Below, piece by piece: positions 19,821 through 28,504 of a stretch of DNA of 64,000 nucleotides. Every line of letters begins with the position of its first letter. The first letter of the stretch is position 1. The notes below the pieces were generated by a model that was not told where the DNA came from, ran no database searches, and saw nothing but the letters and a program-made list of their open reading frames with translations. Position numbers and translations under genes: made by a program. This DNA is from Dethiobacter alkaliphilus (GTDB lineage Bacteria; Bacillota; Dethiobacteria; DTU022; UBA8154), in the NCBI GenBank assembly GCA_016841605.1, contig JAENYV010000001.1, positions 165,553-229,552 on the forward strand. Reading direction: 5' to 3'.

Positions 19821-20189
19821 CTATTCTCTTTCTATTACACAGTTATAATTATTTCCAAATTTAGACTTATAAATAGCTGACGTAACAGCTGCTATTCCGC
19901 AGAGGACACCCAAAGTAACCATGGAATATACTACCCATGTGCTTCCCCCCGCCACATTTTCTAATTCCTCATCACTTAATTCTCCTTCATTTTGGGCTTG
20001 CCGGACTGCTTCCGTGATGTACGTATAGAAGTCTTCTTCTGTAAACCGGAGGCCCTGTTTTTCTCCTATTTTGATTATTTCTTTGATCACTTCTTCGTTC
20101 ATTTCGCTGTGCAAATTTTTTAGTTGCTCTTGCAGACTTTCATCCCCGGCCACTTTTTCTAATAATAACTTCACATTCTCTACTGCCAT
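19821..20189 (-). CDS. lanA: Lanthipeptide precursor with Nif11-type leader (LanA), Gly-Gly cleavage motif
   Basis: The leader MAVENVKLLLEKVAGDESLQEQLKNL...ELSDEELENVAGG matches the Nif11-like leader family (TIGR03798). The 40-aa core STWVVYSMVTLGVLCGIAAVTSAIYKSKFGNNYNCVIERE has 2 Cys and 8 Ser/Thr. It lies immediately downstream of lanM. Confidence 0.7.
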   Translation of the reverse strand: MAVENVKLLLEKVAGDESLQEQLKNLHSEMNEEVIKEIIKIGEKQGLRFTEEDFYTYITEAVRQAQNEGELSDEELENVAGGSTWVVYSMVTLGVLCGIAAVTSAIYKSKFGNNYNCVIERE

Positions 20190-20276
20190 ACTGTTATCAT
20201 CTCCTTGTAAACTGTAAATAGTGTAATTTCTAAAGGTATATACGAAAAAACGTCTATTCTATTACAGGGTCTATTT

Positions 20277-23200
20277 TTACGTTAGAATACTTGGTATACC
20301 CTCTCTGTTGAAAAGGCGCAACAGTTCATATCCTATTCCGGCCAGGCCCTGAAATAAGGAGGGATTAAACAAAGCCCCCGCCTCTTTATCCTCCCCGTGG
20401 AAGACATAATGTCCCAATTTCCTCTTACGCTGCAGCATCCAGCTTAGCCTCTTTCCGGCTTCCGTCAATAGTTCCGGTTGATTCAGCCTGTGGCCGGCTT
20501 CGATCAGCAGTTCAATCCGGCCTCCATTGCCGCAACAGATATGGTCGCTGTAATACGGAGGATAATTTAAGGTAAAGGTAAGGGCATTAGCAATATCCTC
20601 GTGCACTTTTTGTGTATGATGAACGGAAAGAGTGCCCAATCTTGCCAAGCCGATTCCCGGTGCCCCGCTGCACCACCCTGCCATGAAAGCTTTTTCTCCT
20701 TTCTTTAAATTCGGGTTTTTTCGTAAATCCGGCCAGTTGTTTTTCTCCCGGTCATACAAGGTATCTTCGTGATGGAGCGCCTCTTCGGCTGCATGATAAT
20801 ACCTGTCCTCCCCCGTGATTTGATAGAGCCTTAATAAAGAATTGGCAATTCCTGCGGAGCCGTGCCCCATTCCTGTCAAGGGCGCAGTTCCCATGCCCGT
20901 ATCCCAGACCTGCTGACCCGAAGCAGCTCTGACCCGCTGTTTTAAAAGGTGTTCCCCGCATGTTTCGGATAAAGATAATACCTTTGGTGATTTTTCCTGA
21001 GTGTATAGTTGCGTCAGGACAGAAAGGAGGCCTGCACATCCTCCCAATATATCCAGATGAGCGTCTTCCCTAATTTGTCCCTGTTCCAACCTGCTAATTA
21101 TCGTAGAGATATCTTTTTGAAAAGAAGAATCTCCTAAAAAGTTGCCAATCAGAATGAGAGACTTTAATATTCCGGCAAGGCCGTTTCCCAGACCCAGGGG
21201 CAAGCGATGGAGAGGAAGGGGGTTAGAGGGATCATGCAATTGGTTTCTGAATTTTTCTAATGCTTTGAGCGTATCATGTTTAATTTGTTTTTTTCCGGTA
21301 CAGTGATACAGGGCTGCCATAAAAACGGCGATCCCCAAAATTCCATCATATAGCAGCGGACCGATAAGGTCTAAAGCCATCTTCTGCGTTTGGATATCAT
21401 GTTGCCTGACCACCCAGGTAAAATCTCCATCCGCCCCTTCAATCCTCCGCTCCATAATATGGCGATAAATGTTTAGGGCTTCTTCCAACAGAGTTTCGTT
21501 ATCTATGGGGAGAATATCTTCTACTTTTGTGGATAGTATACGATCTCCACCTGCTGCCTCTTCCCCATGGGAGGTGACTTCATGCATAGATAAGGATGAA
21601 AGGATTAAGTTCATTTGCAGCTTTTTATCTTGGGGGTTCATTCCTTTAAGCAATTTCTGCGCTCTGTCTGTGGCGCTTTGCCAAAAATATTGACCGTATA
21701 AATAACCCCTATGATCCTGTACTGATAGGTCGCCGGCATCACCGAAGAAAACCGGAATATCCCTTTGTTCCAGTGCATCTCTTTCAGAAAGATATATCTT
21801 CCAGAGTTCTTTTAATTTGGCTGCAGGGGCAGATAATAGATAAGCACTGCCCATCCTTTCCAGTTCAAAGGAATAGTCAAGCCCGGTCCGGAGGTAAGCC
21901 GGGTGTGTCGTATGATGCAATAGATCCGCATAGATCTGTGTGGATCTGATCAGAAAGCGAAACCGGCAGTCCTGAAACTTGCGGAAAGGGGAAGCTTCGA
22001 GGAGTGTGTCTCTATGTTGAAGCAGGAAATCATAGATCGTCGCAAAACCCTGGAGAATCTCTTCCCGATAGCGGCTGCTTTGCTGCTTTTCTCCTTGATA
22101 CAGGGGAAGATTTTTCATTCTGTCATTATTAGCGGTCAATGCTCCGATATCTTGCGTATTCCCATTTCCGTCCATCCGCCAAACAGGTAAAAGCCCTATC
22201 CGGAGGACGGAATCACCAAGCATATTCAGGGCCTTCTGTATACCGTCCAAACCCTGTTCAGCTTCAGTTAGCTGAAAAGGCCTTACCCGGTGAAGCAAAA
22301 GCGTTTCCAGGTCGATCAAAACAGGATGGGAACCCCAGGCAATGAGGTTTTCACAGTGAAAATCATTTCCTCCCAGGGCATAAACCAACCCCAGCAGAAC
22401 ACCTCCCCGGTAATAAAATTCTCTCACTTCTTTTTCTTCCTCAACAGGTTTTTGCTCGATGTACTCCACCCAGCCGCGGCTTCCTCGATCCAACAGCAAG
22501 GGAGTCCTGAAATAACATGGGAAGCCTTTTTCTCCGAGCCACTCCAGCAGTTCGTCCCAGATCCGATCAATCTGCAGGCTTCTGGGTTTAAAGACTATTT
22601 TTACCCCCGAAGAGAACGTCAAAGCCTTTACACATCTTCCTTGTTGATGGAAATCGGAGAGGTTGTCTTCAACGCGGTTAATTTGTCCTAAAGGCCGGCT
22701 ATTATTAAATATTTTTTCCAGTTTTACCCTGTCTTCTTCCAAAAATTTGACCAATTCCCGGATCGCCTCGGCCCAATTGTTCACTGCTGTTACCAGCAGT
22801 CTGGCGAGAACGGGATACTCCATAAAATGCTCCTTCCATTCTCCCCCCAGCATCTCATTTGTAAAAGCGTGCAGATGCTTTCTATATTCCTTTTCCGTAG
22901 GTTTCATTTCCAGAAAGCAGTAGAGGGGGTTTTTCTTCAGAAAAGACGTGCTGAATTTGTTTAAAAGGGTATTAAAACAGAGTGAACTCAAGGTTTTAAG
23001 CAGCCCGTCATGGAGATGATGCAGGGCGTTGCAGGTGAAGGCGGCTGCCCTGCTTCCCAATCCTGCTGCGAGCTTCTGTGCTGCATAGGCAATGAAAGGG
23101 GAAAAACAGGGAGAAAAGGATAGGGGAGAGAGGGTATATGTTTTATCTTTTTCTTCTTCTTCTTCTTCTTCTTCAAAGCATTGCACAGCCGGTATTTCCG

Positions 23201-23546
23201 ATTCTGACGCCGGAAAAAAGTGAAATATTGTCTCAATTTCTCTCACCCATGCAGGAAGGGGATATTTCGTATTCCATATAACAGCGCCTGTCAGTGTTTC
23301 TGCTTGTTCCAGGGTAATATCCTCTGCTGACAATCTTTTTGCAAAAGCCGCCTTGCCCCCGTTTCCCCCGGCTTTTTGCATCCACCTGTCAATTTGCCGG
23401 ACAGATCCTGCGGCAGATCCTTTGGAAATTGTCATTCCCTGAAGCCGTTCTTTGAGAAAAGCAGCCCTGGCTGCCAGTTCATTCTGTTGTTCTGTTGTTA
23501 AGAACATAATATCAACCAGCCTCTCTCCGGTCCCCTTAAGAGCCAT
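20277..23546 (-). CDS. lanM: Class II lanthipeptide synthetase LanM (dehydratase + LanC-like cyclase)
   Basis: 1089 aa. The C-terminal LanC motifs are GMGHGSAGI, WCSGAPGIG and CCGNGG. The N-terminal dehydratase region is about 850 aa. An alternative start is at 23507. Confidence 0.9.
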   Translation of the reverse strand: MALKGTGERLVDIMFLTTEQQNELAARAAFLKERLQGMTISKGSAAGSVRQIDRWMQKAGGNGGKAAFAKRLSAEDITLEQAETLTGAVIWNTKYPLPAWVREIETIFHFFPASESEIPAVQCFEEEEEEEEKDKTYTLSPLSFSPCFSPFIAYAAQKLAAGLGSRAAAFTCNALHHLHDGLLKTLSSLCFNTLLNKFSTSFLKKNPLYCFLEMKPTEKEYRKHLHAFTNEMLGGEWKEHFMEYPVLARLLVTAVNNWAEAIRELVKFLEEDRVKLEKIFNNSRPLGQINRVEDNLSDFHQQGRCVKALTFSSGVKIVFKPRSLQIDRIWDELLEWLGEKGFPCYFRTPLLLDRGSRGWVEYIEQKPVEEEKEVREFYYRGGVLLGLVYALGGNDFHCENLIAWGSHPVLIDLETLLLHRVRPFQLTEAEQGLDGIQKALNMLGDSVLRIGLLPVWRMDGNGNTQDIGALTANNDRMKNLPLYQGEKQQSSRYREEILQGFATIYDFLLQHRDTLLEASPFRKFQDCRFRFLIRSTQIYADLLHHTTHPAYLRTGLDYSFELERMGSAYLLSAPAAKLKELWKIYLSERDALEQRDIPVFFGDAGDLSVQDHRGYLYGQYFWQSATDRAQKLLKGMNPQDKKLQMNLILSSLSMHEVTSHGEEAAGGDRILSTKVEDILPIDNETLLEEALNIYRHIMERRIEGADGDFTWVVRQHDIQTQKMALDLIGPLLYDGILGIAVFMAALYHCTGKKQIKHDTLKALEKFRNQLHDPSNPLPLHRLPLGLGNGLAGILKSLILIGNFLGDSSFQKDISTIISRLEQGQIREDAHLDILGGCAGLLSVLTQLYTQEKSPKVLSLSETCGEHLLKQRVRAASGQQVWDTGMGTAPLTGMGHGSAGIANSLLRLYQITGEDRYYHAAEEALHHEDTLYDREKNNWPDLRKNPNLKKGEKAFMAGWCSGAPGIGLARLGTLSVHHTQKVHEDIANALTFTLNYPPYYSDHICCGNGGRIELLIEAGHRLNQPELLTEAGKRLSWMLQRKRKLGHYVFHGEDKEAGALFNPSLFQGLAGIGYELLRLFNREGIPSILT
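23151..23174. repeat. (GAA)8 trinucleotide microsatellite inside lanM (encodes EEEEEEEE)
   Basis: The sequence is ttcttcttcttcttcttcttcttc on + (GAA on the coding strand). It stays in frame. Confidence 0.9.
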
Positions 23547-23965
23547 GGGAATGAAGAGTCATGAAGACGGTTCCATTGTCTTCCCTTCGGACCTCTTCTT
23601 CGCTTCGGTGACGCTCGAACCGTCCCCTTGGCTTAAGTCAACCGGTTTAACTAAATATATACGGTGCCGTTATTTACTGCAAACCGACAAGTTGGCAAAA
23701 ACATTTTATTCCATATAAATTATGGAATAAAAACGAATGGAGAGCAAGGGGCAATTTAACAAAGCTAAACGGATACGGGTCATTTTAGCAGGTCAGGGCG
23801 GTATGTATGGCTCTAAAAAGCAAAATAAATATGCAGCTAATCCTGATCCGAGCTTTTCTACAAAAAATTCATTAAGTTTATCAAAATATGGAGGTTTTTC
23901 TATTTTTAATGTAGAATGGGAAATAAAAGAGAGGTACATTAATTAATTTCAATAATAAGTAAATT

Positions 23966-24781
23966 ATGCTAAATAACGGCAGAATATTGGGGAGACAAAC
24001 CTCAGGAGTGCAACTTGACATGGAAGTGGAGAAAGCATTATGGAAAGTATATGCCACCGTCTATGACGGTATCCTGTTGCGTTTCCTACCATACCTTACA
24101 TTGCTTGGCCGGGTGAAGGAAGCCCTGGGTGTGAAGGATAGGCGGCGAGTGCTTGATGCCGGCTGCGGGACGGGTAATTTAATACAATCTATGATTAAAT
24201 CGTCTGTAAGTATTTCCATAGTCGGTATTGATTTTGACAGAGCCATGCTGGAGCGAGCCAGGGCTAAAATTGGAGTAAACGGCCGAGTTACCCTTCGGAA
24301 AGGAAGTTTGGATCACCCTTTACCCTTTGCGAACGAGGAGTTTGACGGTATTGCCTGTGTCAATGTTCTCTATGCCTTAGCCGACCCCTCCCACTTTATG
24401 AAGGAATGCCGGAGGGTTTTAAAGGCAAAAGGGAAAATGGTCCTGGTCACGCCACCGGAACAACCGAAGATGGGACCTGTTTTTTGGGAACATCTTCAGG
24501 CGCTGGGGCAAAAGCAAAAGTATCCCCTCTTTCGGTTTTTTACCCTCTGCTGTCTGATGCTCCAATTGAGCCCATCCTTAGTGCCTTTCTTGTTCATCAA
24601 CCGTATCATCCAGGGTCAAAGTTCGTTTACCTTTTTCGGCGAAAAGGAGCTTATCTCACTGGTAACCCGATGCGGTTTTTTAATTCAAAAGCTGGAAAAA
24701 GCTTACGGAGGACAGGCCTGGTTTCTTGTTTGCATAAAACCGGCAAATGCTGAGGACGGCATTGCAGGGAAAGGAGCATAA
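23966..24781 (+). CDS. Class I SAM-dependent methyltransferase
   Basis: VLDAGCGTGNL motif I. The true start may be the internal ATG around 24020 (MEVEKALW). Confidence 0.7.
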   Translation: MLNNGRILGRQTSGVQLDMEVEKALWKVYATVYDGILLRFLPYLTLLGRVKEALGVKDRRRVLDAGCGTGNLIQSMIKSSVSISIVGIDFDRAMLERARAKIGVNGRVTLRKGSLDHPLPFANEEFDGIACVNVLYALADPSHFMKECRRVLKAKGKMVLVTPPEQPKMGPVFWEHLQALGQKQKYPLFRFFTLCCLMLQLSPSLVPFLFINRIIQGQSSFTFFGEKELISLVTRCGFLIQKLEKAYGGQAWFLVCIKPANAEDGIAGKGA

Positions 24782-24782
24782 G

Positions 24783-26006
24783 ATGAAAAGCGTGGTCATA
24801 ACGGGGCTTGGGGTAGTAGCACCAAACGGCCTGGGCAAAGAAGCCTACTGGCATGCTCTGGCAAACGGTAAATCGGGGATACGATCCATTAGTAAATTTG
24901 ACCCTTCTCCCTTTCCCTGCCGCATTGCCGGAGAAATCCCGGCAGAATGGTTCGCGGAAAAGGGACTTGCCTCGGGGGGAGAAGAATATTCCTGGAGCAC
25001 AATTTATGCTCTCCAGGCAGCCAGGCTGGCCCTCAAGGATGCCATGCTCAGCTCTGAAGCGATAAAAGACTGCTCCACCGGTGTTTACATGGGGATCAGC
25101 AGCACCGACATGGGAGTTGTACAGGATGAATATGCGGTTTTTCAAAAAAATAAAACAACTTCTGCCGGAGCAATCGCGGCGTCTTTTCCCCATGCACCGG
25201 CAAGTCAACTGGCGAAGGAAATTAACTGTGCGGGAAATGTGTTTACCGTTTCCACAGGGTGTTCTTCCGGGCTGAACAGCCTTATTCTGGCAGCCGAGAG
25301 TATTATACACGGCGAAGCGGAAGTTGTGCTGGCCGGAGGGGTGGATGCCCCCCTAACACCCCTGCTCCTGGCAGGTTTTTGTGCCACAGGTTTACTCCCC
25401 ACCAGCTTTAATGATACTCCGGAAACAGCCAGCCGACCTTTTGATGCAAAGCGACAGGGGGGAGTACTCTCGGAGGGTGCCGGGGTCCTGGTCTTGGAAG
25501 AGGAGGAGGGTGCCCGGCGGCGTGGCGCCCCCCTTTATGCCAGGATAAGCGGGTGGGGAGCGACCAACACCTTTTCTCCAACCGGTTTGCGCGCTTCCTC
25601 CAATGAGTGTATTATTCAGGCTTTGCATAGCGCGGGCCTTAAACCGGAACAAATTGATTATATCAGTGCCCATTCCCCCGGGGACCCTGTCATGGACCGG
25701 GTGGAAACCCGGGTTATTAAGGAAGTGTGGGGTAAATATGCCTACAATATTCCGGTAAGTTCCGTCAAATCCATGATCGGCAACCCCCTGGCGGCATCAG
25801 GACCGTTGCAGACGATCGCAACGGTCCTGGCACTGCAAAACCAGTTTATTCCGCCGACCGTGAATTACCGTTATCCCGATCACCGCTGCGACCTCGATTA
25901 TGTCCCGAATACGGGGCGGGTTGCCAGGGTTGCCAGGGCCTTAATCAATGTACAGGGGTTTGGCGGTGGGATTACAGCTTTGGTTATCAGCAAACCTTCA
26001 ATATAA
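24783..26006 (+). CDS. Beta-ketoacyl synthase (FabF/KAS II-like), atypical active site
   Basis: KS fold with the active Cys in STGCSSG, the first His in SAHSPGD and the second catalytic His replaced by Asn (KSMIGNPLAASG). The start is taken at MKSVVITG. Confidence 0.8.
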   Translation: MKSVVITGLGVVAPNGLGKEAYWHALANGKSGIRSISKFDPSPFPCRIAGEIPAEWFAEKGLASGGEEYSWSTIYALQAARLALKDAMLSSEAIKDCSTGVYMGISSTDMGVVQDEYAVFQKNKTTSAGAIAASFPHAPASQLAKEINCAGNVFTVSTGCSSGLNSLILAAESIIHGEAEVVLAGGVDAPLTPLLLAGFCATGLLPTSFNDTPETASRPFDAKRQGGVLSEGAGVLVLEEEEGARRRGAPLYARISGWGATNTFSPTGLRASSNECIIQALHSAGLKPEQIDYISAHSPGDPVMDRVETRVIKEVWGKYAYNIPVSSVKSMIGNPLAASGPLQTIATVLALQNQFIPPTVNYRYPDHRCDLDYVPNTGRVARVARALINVQGFGGGITALVISKPSI

Positions 26007-26028
26007 TTTTGGGAGCGGGTTATATCTT

Positions 26029-28500
26029 TTGACAAATCCAAACATCTGGCTATTATCTATTATAGCTTTGGCGAACTTAACGCTGGGTTTGCTGGTTCTC
26101 CTAAAAAACCGCCGGGGGACGTTGAACCGCCTTTTATTCAGGTTGAGTATCAGCGCCGCTCTCTGGAGCCTGACGGTTTTGTTCATCGTGTCACATCATG
26201 ATTATCCCATAGTCCTGTTTTGGGTCCGGGCATCCCATGCGGCAGCTATTATTATCCCCTGGCATATCCTTCTTATAGCTTTTGCCGTAGCCGGAATTAA
26301 TCCCCGGCAGCAAAGATGGGCCGGGTTTGTCAGTCTATGCTGTTTTCTCCTCGTTTTCCTCTCCTTTACTCCGGCTATTATCCGCGGCCTGGATTTACCT
26401 TTGGAAAACAAAGATATAGTATTGGGATTTCTTTACCCTTTTTATTCGCTTTTTTTCCTGGGCGTAATACTGGCTGCTCTGGGGAAGTTATTCCGGCAGC
26501 TTCGCTCTGCCAGGGGACTGTTGCGTTTGCAGCTGCGTTACCTTTTCTGGGGAATTGCCATATCACTGGTGCTCGGCAGCTTATCCAATATGTTGTTGCC
26601 TTTAATGGGGATTACAGCAGTAGACCTGCGACCCTTCGGTCCCACTTTCAGCATCATCATGATTGGAGCTATCAGCTATGCTATTATTAAATACCGGCTG
26701 ATGGACATCCGCCTTGTTGTCCGTAACGGCCTGGCCATCGTCATGACTGCCCTTATTTTTAGCGTAGCTTTTGGGCTGGTTTTTTCTTTGCTCCAGTGGG
26801 TGGAACTGCTTGCGACCACAAACTTTGTCCTGGTGGTCGTCGTATTTATTGTTGCCTTTTTCTTTGGACCTCTAAGGATTAAAGTGCAGAAGATCGTTGA
26901 TAAATACTTCTTCCGGGGAGCCTATGACTACCATGCTTCTTTGTTAAAAATCGGCAAAGATATGGTTTCTTTGCTCAGACTGGAGAAGCTTATTACTGTT
27001 ATTTCCCAAAACTTGTTTGAAAAAATGATGCTGGAAAACTGTTCTTTTTTTAGACAGAGTAAAGAAGGGGAGTTTGTTTTATCTGCCTTTTATTGTTCCA
27101 ATGAAGGAAATGTCTTTTCCCAGGAAGCGGTTATTTCCCGGGAAAACCCCCTTGTACAGTTTTTAAATGAAAAGGCGGAACTCTTTTTTATTACGGATAT
27201 CCCTGACATTGCGCCGCCGGAAGACAGAGAATCCCTATCCCGGGCCATGCAGGATTTGCGTGGTGAAGTTGCTATTCCCATCATCCTGGATAATAAATTG
27301 GAAGGTATCTTTCTGCTTGGTCCCAAGCTTTCCGGTGAACCGTATTCCATGAAGGACGGGAATATCCTGACAGCCCTGACCGCGCAGCTAACTGTAGCAT
27401 GGCGAAATGCTCAGCTCTATCAGGAGGTTCTGGCTGTTAAACAGCACCTGGAAAATGTTTTGGAAAATATGGGTAATGCTTTAATCGCTGTTAATTGTGA
27501 GGGTCTGGTAACACTGTTTAACAGTGCTGCAGAGCATTTTACCGGCTTCAAGGCGGAAAATATTTTAGGAAGAAAAGCAGAGGACATTTTACCCGGCGGC
27601 CTCAGCAAGCTTTTTATGCAGGCCCTTGCGGAACAACAGGATCTAAAAGAAGTGGAGCAGGTTTTTTCCGATAACGAAAGGGAAATGCACTTTTCCTGCA
27701 GCATTACGCTGGTTGGGTCTGCTGAATCCCGGGAAAAAGGGGCAATTATGGTACTTAGCGATGTAACTCGAATTAAAGAGCTGGAAAAAGAAAAAGCTCA
27801 GGCACTCAGGCTGGCTTCCCTGGGTGAAGTTGCTGCGGGCATGGCTCACGAAATTAAAAACCCCCTGGTTTCCATTAAAACTTTTGCCGAGTTATTACCC
27901 GAGAAATACAATGACCATGAGTTTCGTCATACTTTTTCTCACATTGTCATTCAAGAGATCGAACGGATCAATACGCTTATTTTACGGCTGCTGGATTTAA
28001 CGGCAGATCCGTCTCTCATCTTTCAAAAAACAAAGCTCCAAGACCTCATGGATGAAGTTCTTTTTCTCTTGTCTCCATACCTGGAGACGTTTAAGATCTC
28101 CCTGATGAAGGAATATTATTCCAGGATCCCTCCTGTAAATGTTGATCGCAGCCATATTAAGCAGGCTCTCTTCAACATTTGCCTAAACGGCGTACAGGCC
28201 ATGGGGGAAGGCGGAAATTTAAATATTCGGCTTATGCCCGTTTGGCAGGAAAACCTTAATCAGACCGGGCCGGACGATAAAGAGGAAGTAAAGATCATCA
28301 TCAAGGATACAGGGCCGGGTATTCCCGGAGAGATAGCACAGAGGATTTTTGATCCCTTCTTTACCACCAAGGCCGATGGTATGGGGATGGGTCTTGCCCT
28401 CAGTCATAAAATTATCTCAGCTCACGGAGGAGCCATACAGTTCAGCAGTAATGGTGCAGGAACCATGTTTGAAATATCCATTCCCGTATTGTCGGAATGA
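26029..28500 (+). CDS. Membrane sensor histidine kinase (polytopic N-terminal domain, GAF/PAS, HisKA, HATPase)
   Basis: About 8 TM helices, then an H-box [12 protein letters not shown] and the G-boxes. The ORF opens at 25948 and overlaps the KS gene. A TTG at about 26029 with a GGGAGCGG RBS is a plausible start. Confidence 0.75.
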   Translation: MTNPNIWLLSIIALANLTLGLLVLLKNRRGTLNRLLFRLSISAALWSLTVLFIVSHHDYPIVLFWVRASHAAAIIIPWHILLIAFAVAGINPRQQRWAGFVSLCCFLLVFLSFTPAIIRGLDLPLENKDIVLGFLYPFYSLFFLGVILAALGKLFRQLRSARGLLRLQLRYLFWGIAISLVLGSLSNMLLPLMGITAVDLRPFGPTFSIIMIGAISYAIIKYRLMDIRLVVRNGLAIVMTALIFSVAFGLVFSLLQWVELLATTNFVLVVVVFIVAFFFGPLRIKVQKIVDKYFFRGAYDYHASLLKIGKDMVSLLRLEKLITVISQNLFEKMMLENCSFFRQSKEGEFVLSAFYCSNEGNVFSQEAVISRENPLVQFLNEKAELFFITDIPDIAPPEDRESLSRAMQDLRGEVAIPIILDNKLEGIFLLGPKLSGEPYSMKDGNILTALTAQLTVAWRNAQLYQEVLAVKQHLENVLENMGNALIAVNCEGLVTLFNSAAEHFTGFKAENILGRKAEDILPGGLSKLFMQALAEQQDLKEVEQVFSDNEREMHFSCSITLVGSAESREKGAIMVLSDVTRIKELEKEKAQALRLASLGEVAAGMAHEIKNPLVSIKTFAELLPEKYNDHEFRHTFSHIVIQEIERINTLILRLLDLTADPSLIFQKTKLQDLMDEVLFLLSPYLETFKISLMKEYYSRIPPVNVDRSHIKQALFNICLNGVQAMGEGGNLNIRLMPVWQENLNQTGPDDKEEVKIIIKDTGPGIPGEIAQRIFDPFFTTKADGMGMGLALSHKIISAHGGAIQFSSNGAGTMFEISIPVLSE

Positions 28501-28504
28501 AAGG

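Noticed and set aside
23737-23946. 69-aa ORF in the lanM / methyltransferase intergenic region
   Set aside because: No RBS, a low-complexity Lys/Ser-rich product, and it lies in a promoter-containing divergent region. It is not a convincing second lanthipeptide precursor (no leader-like N-terminus, no Cys).
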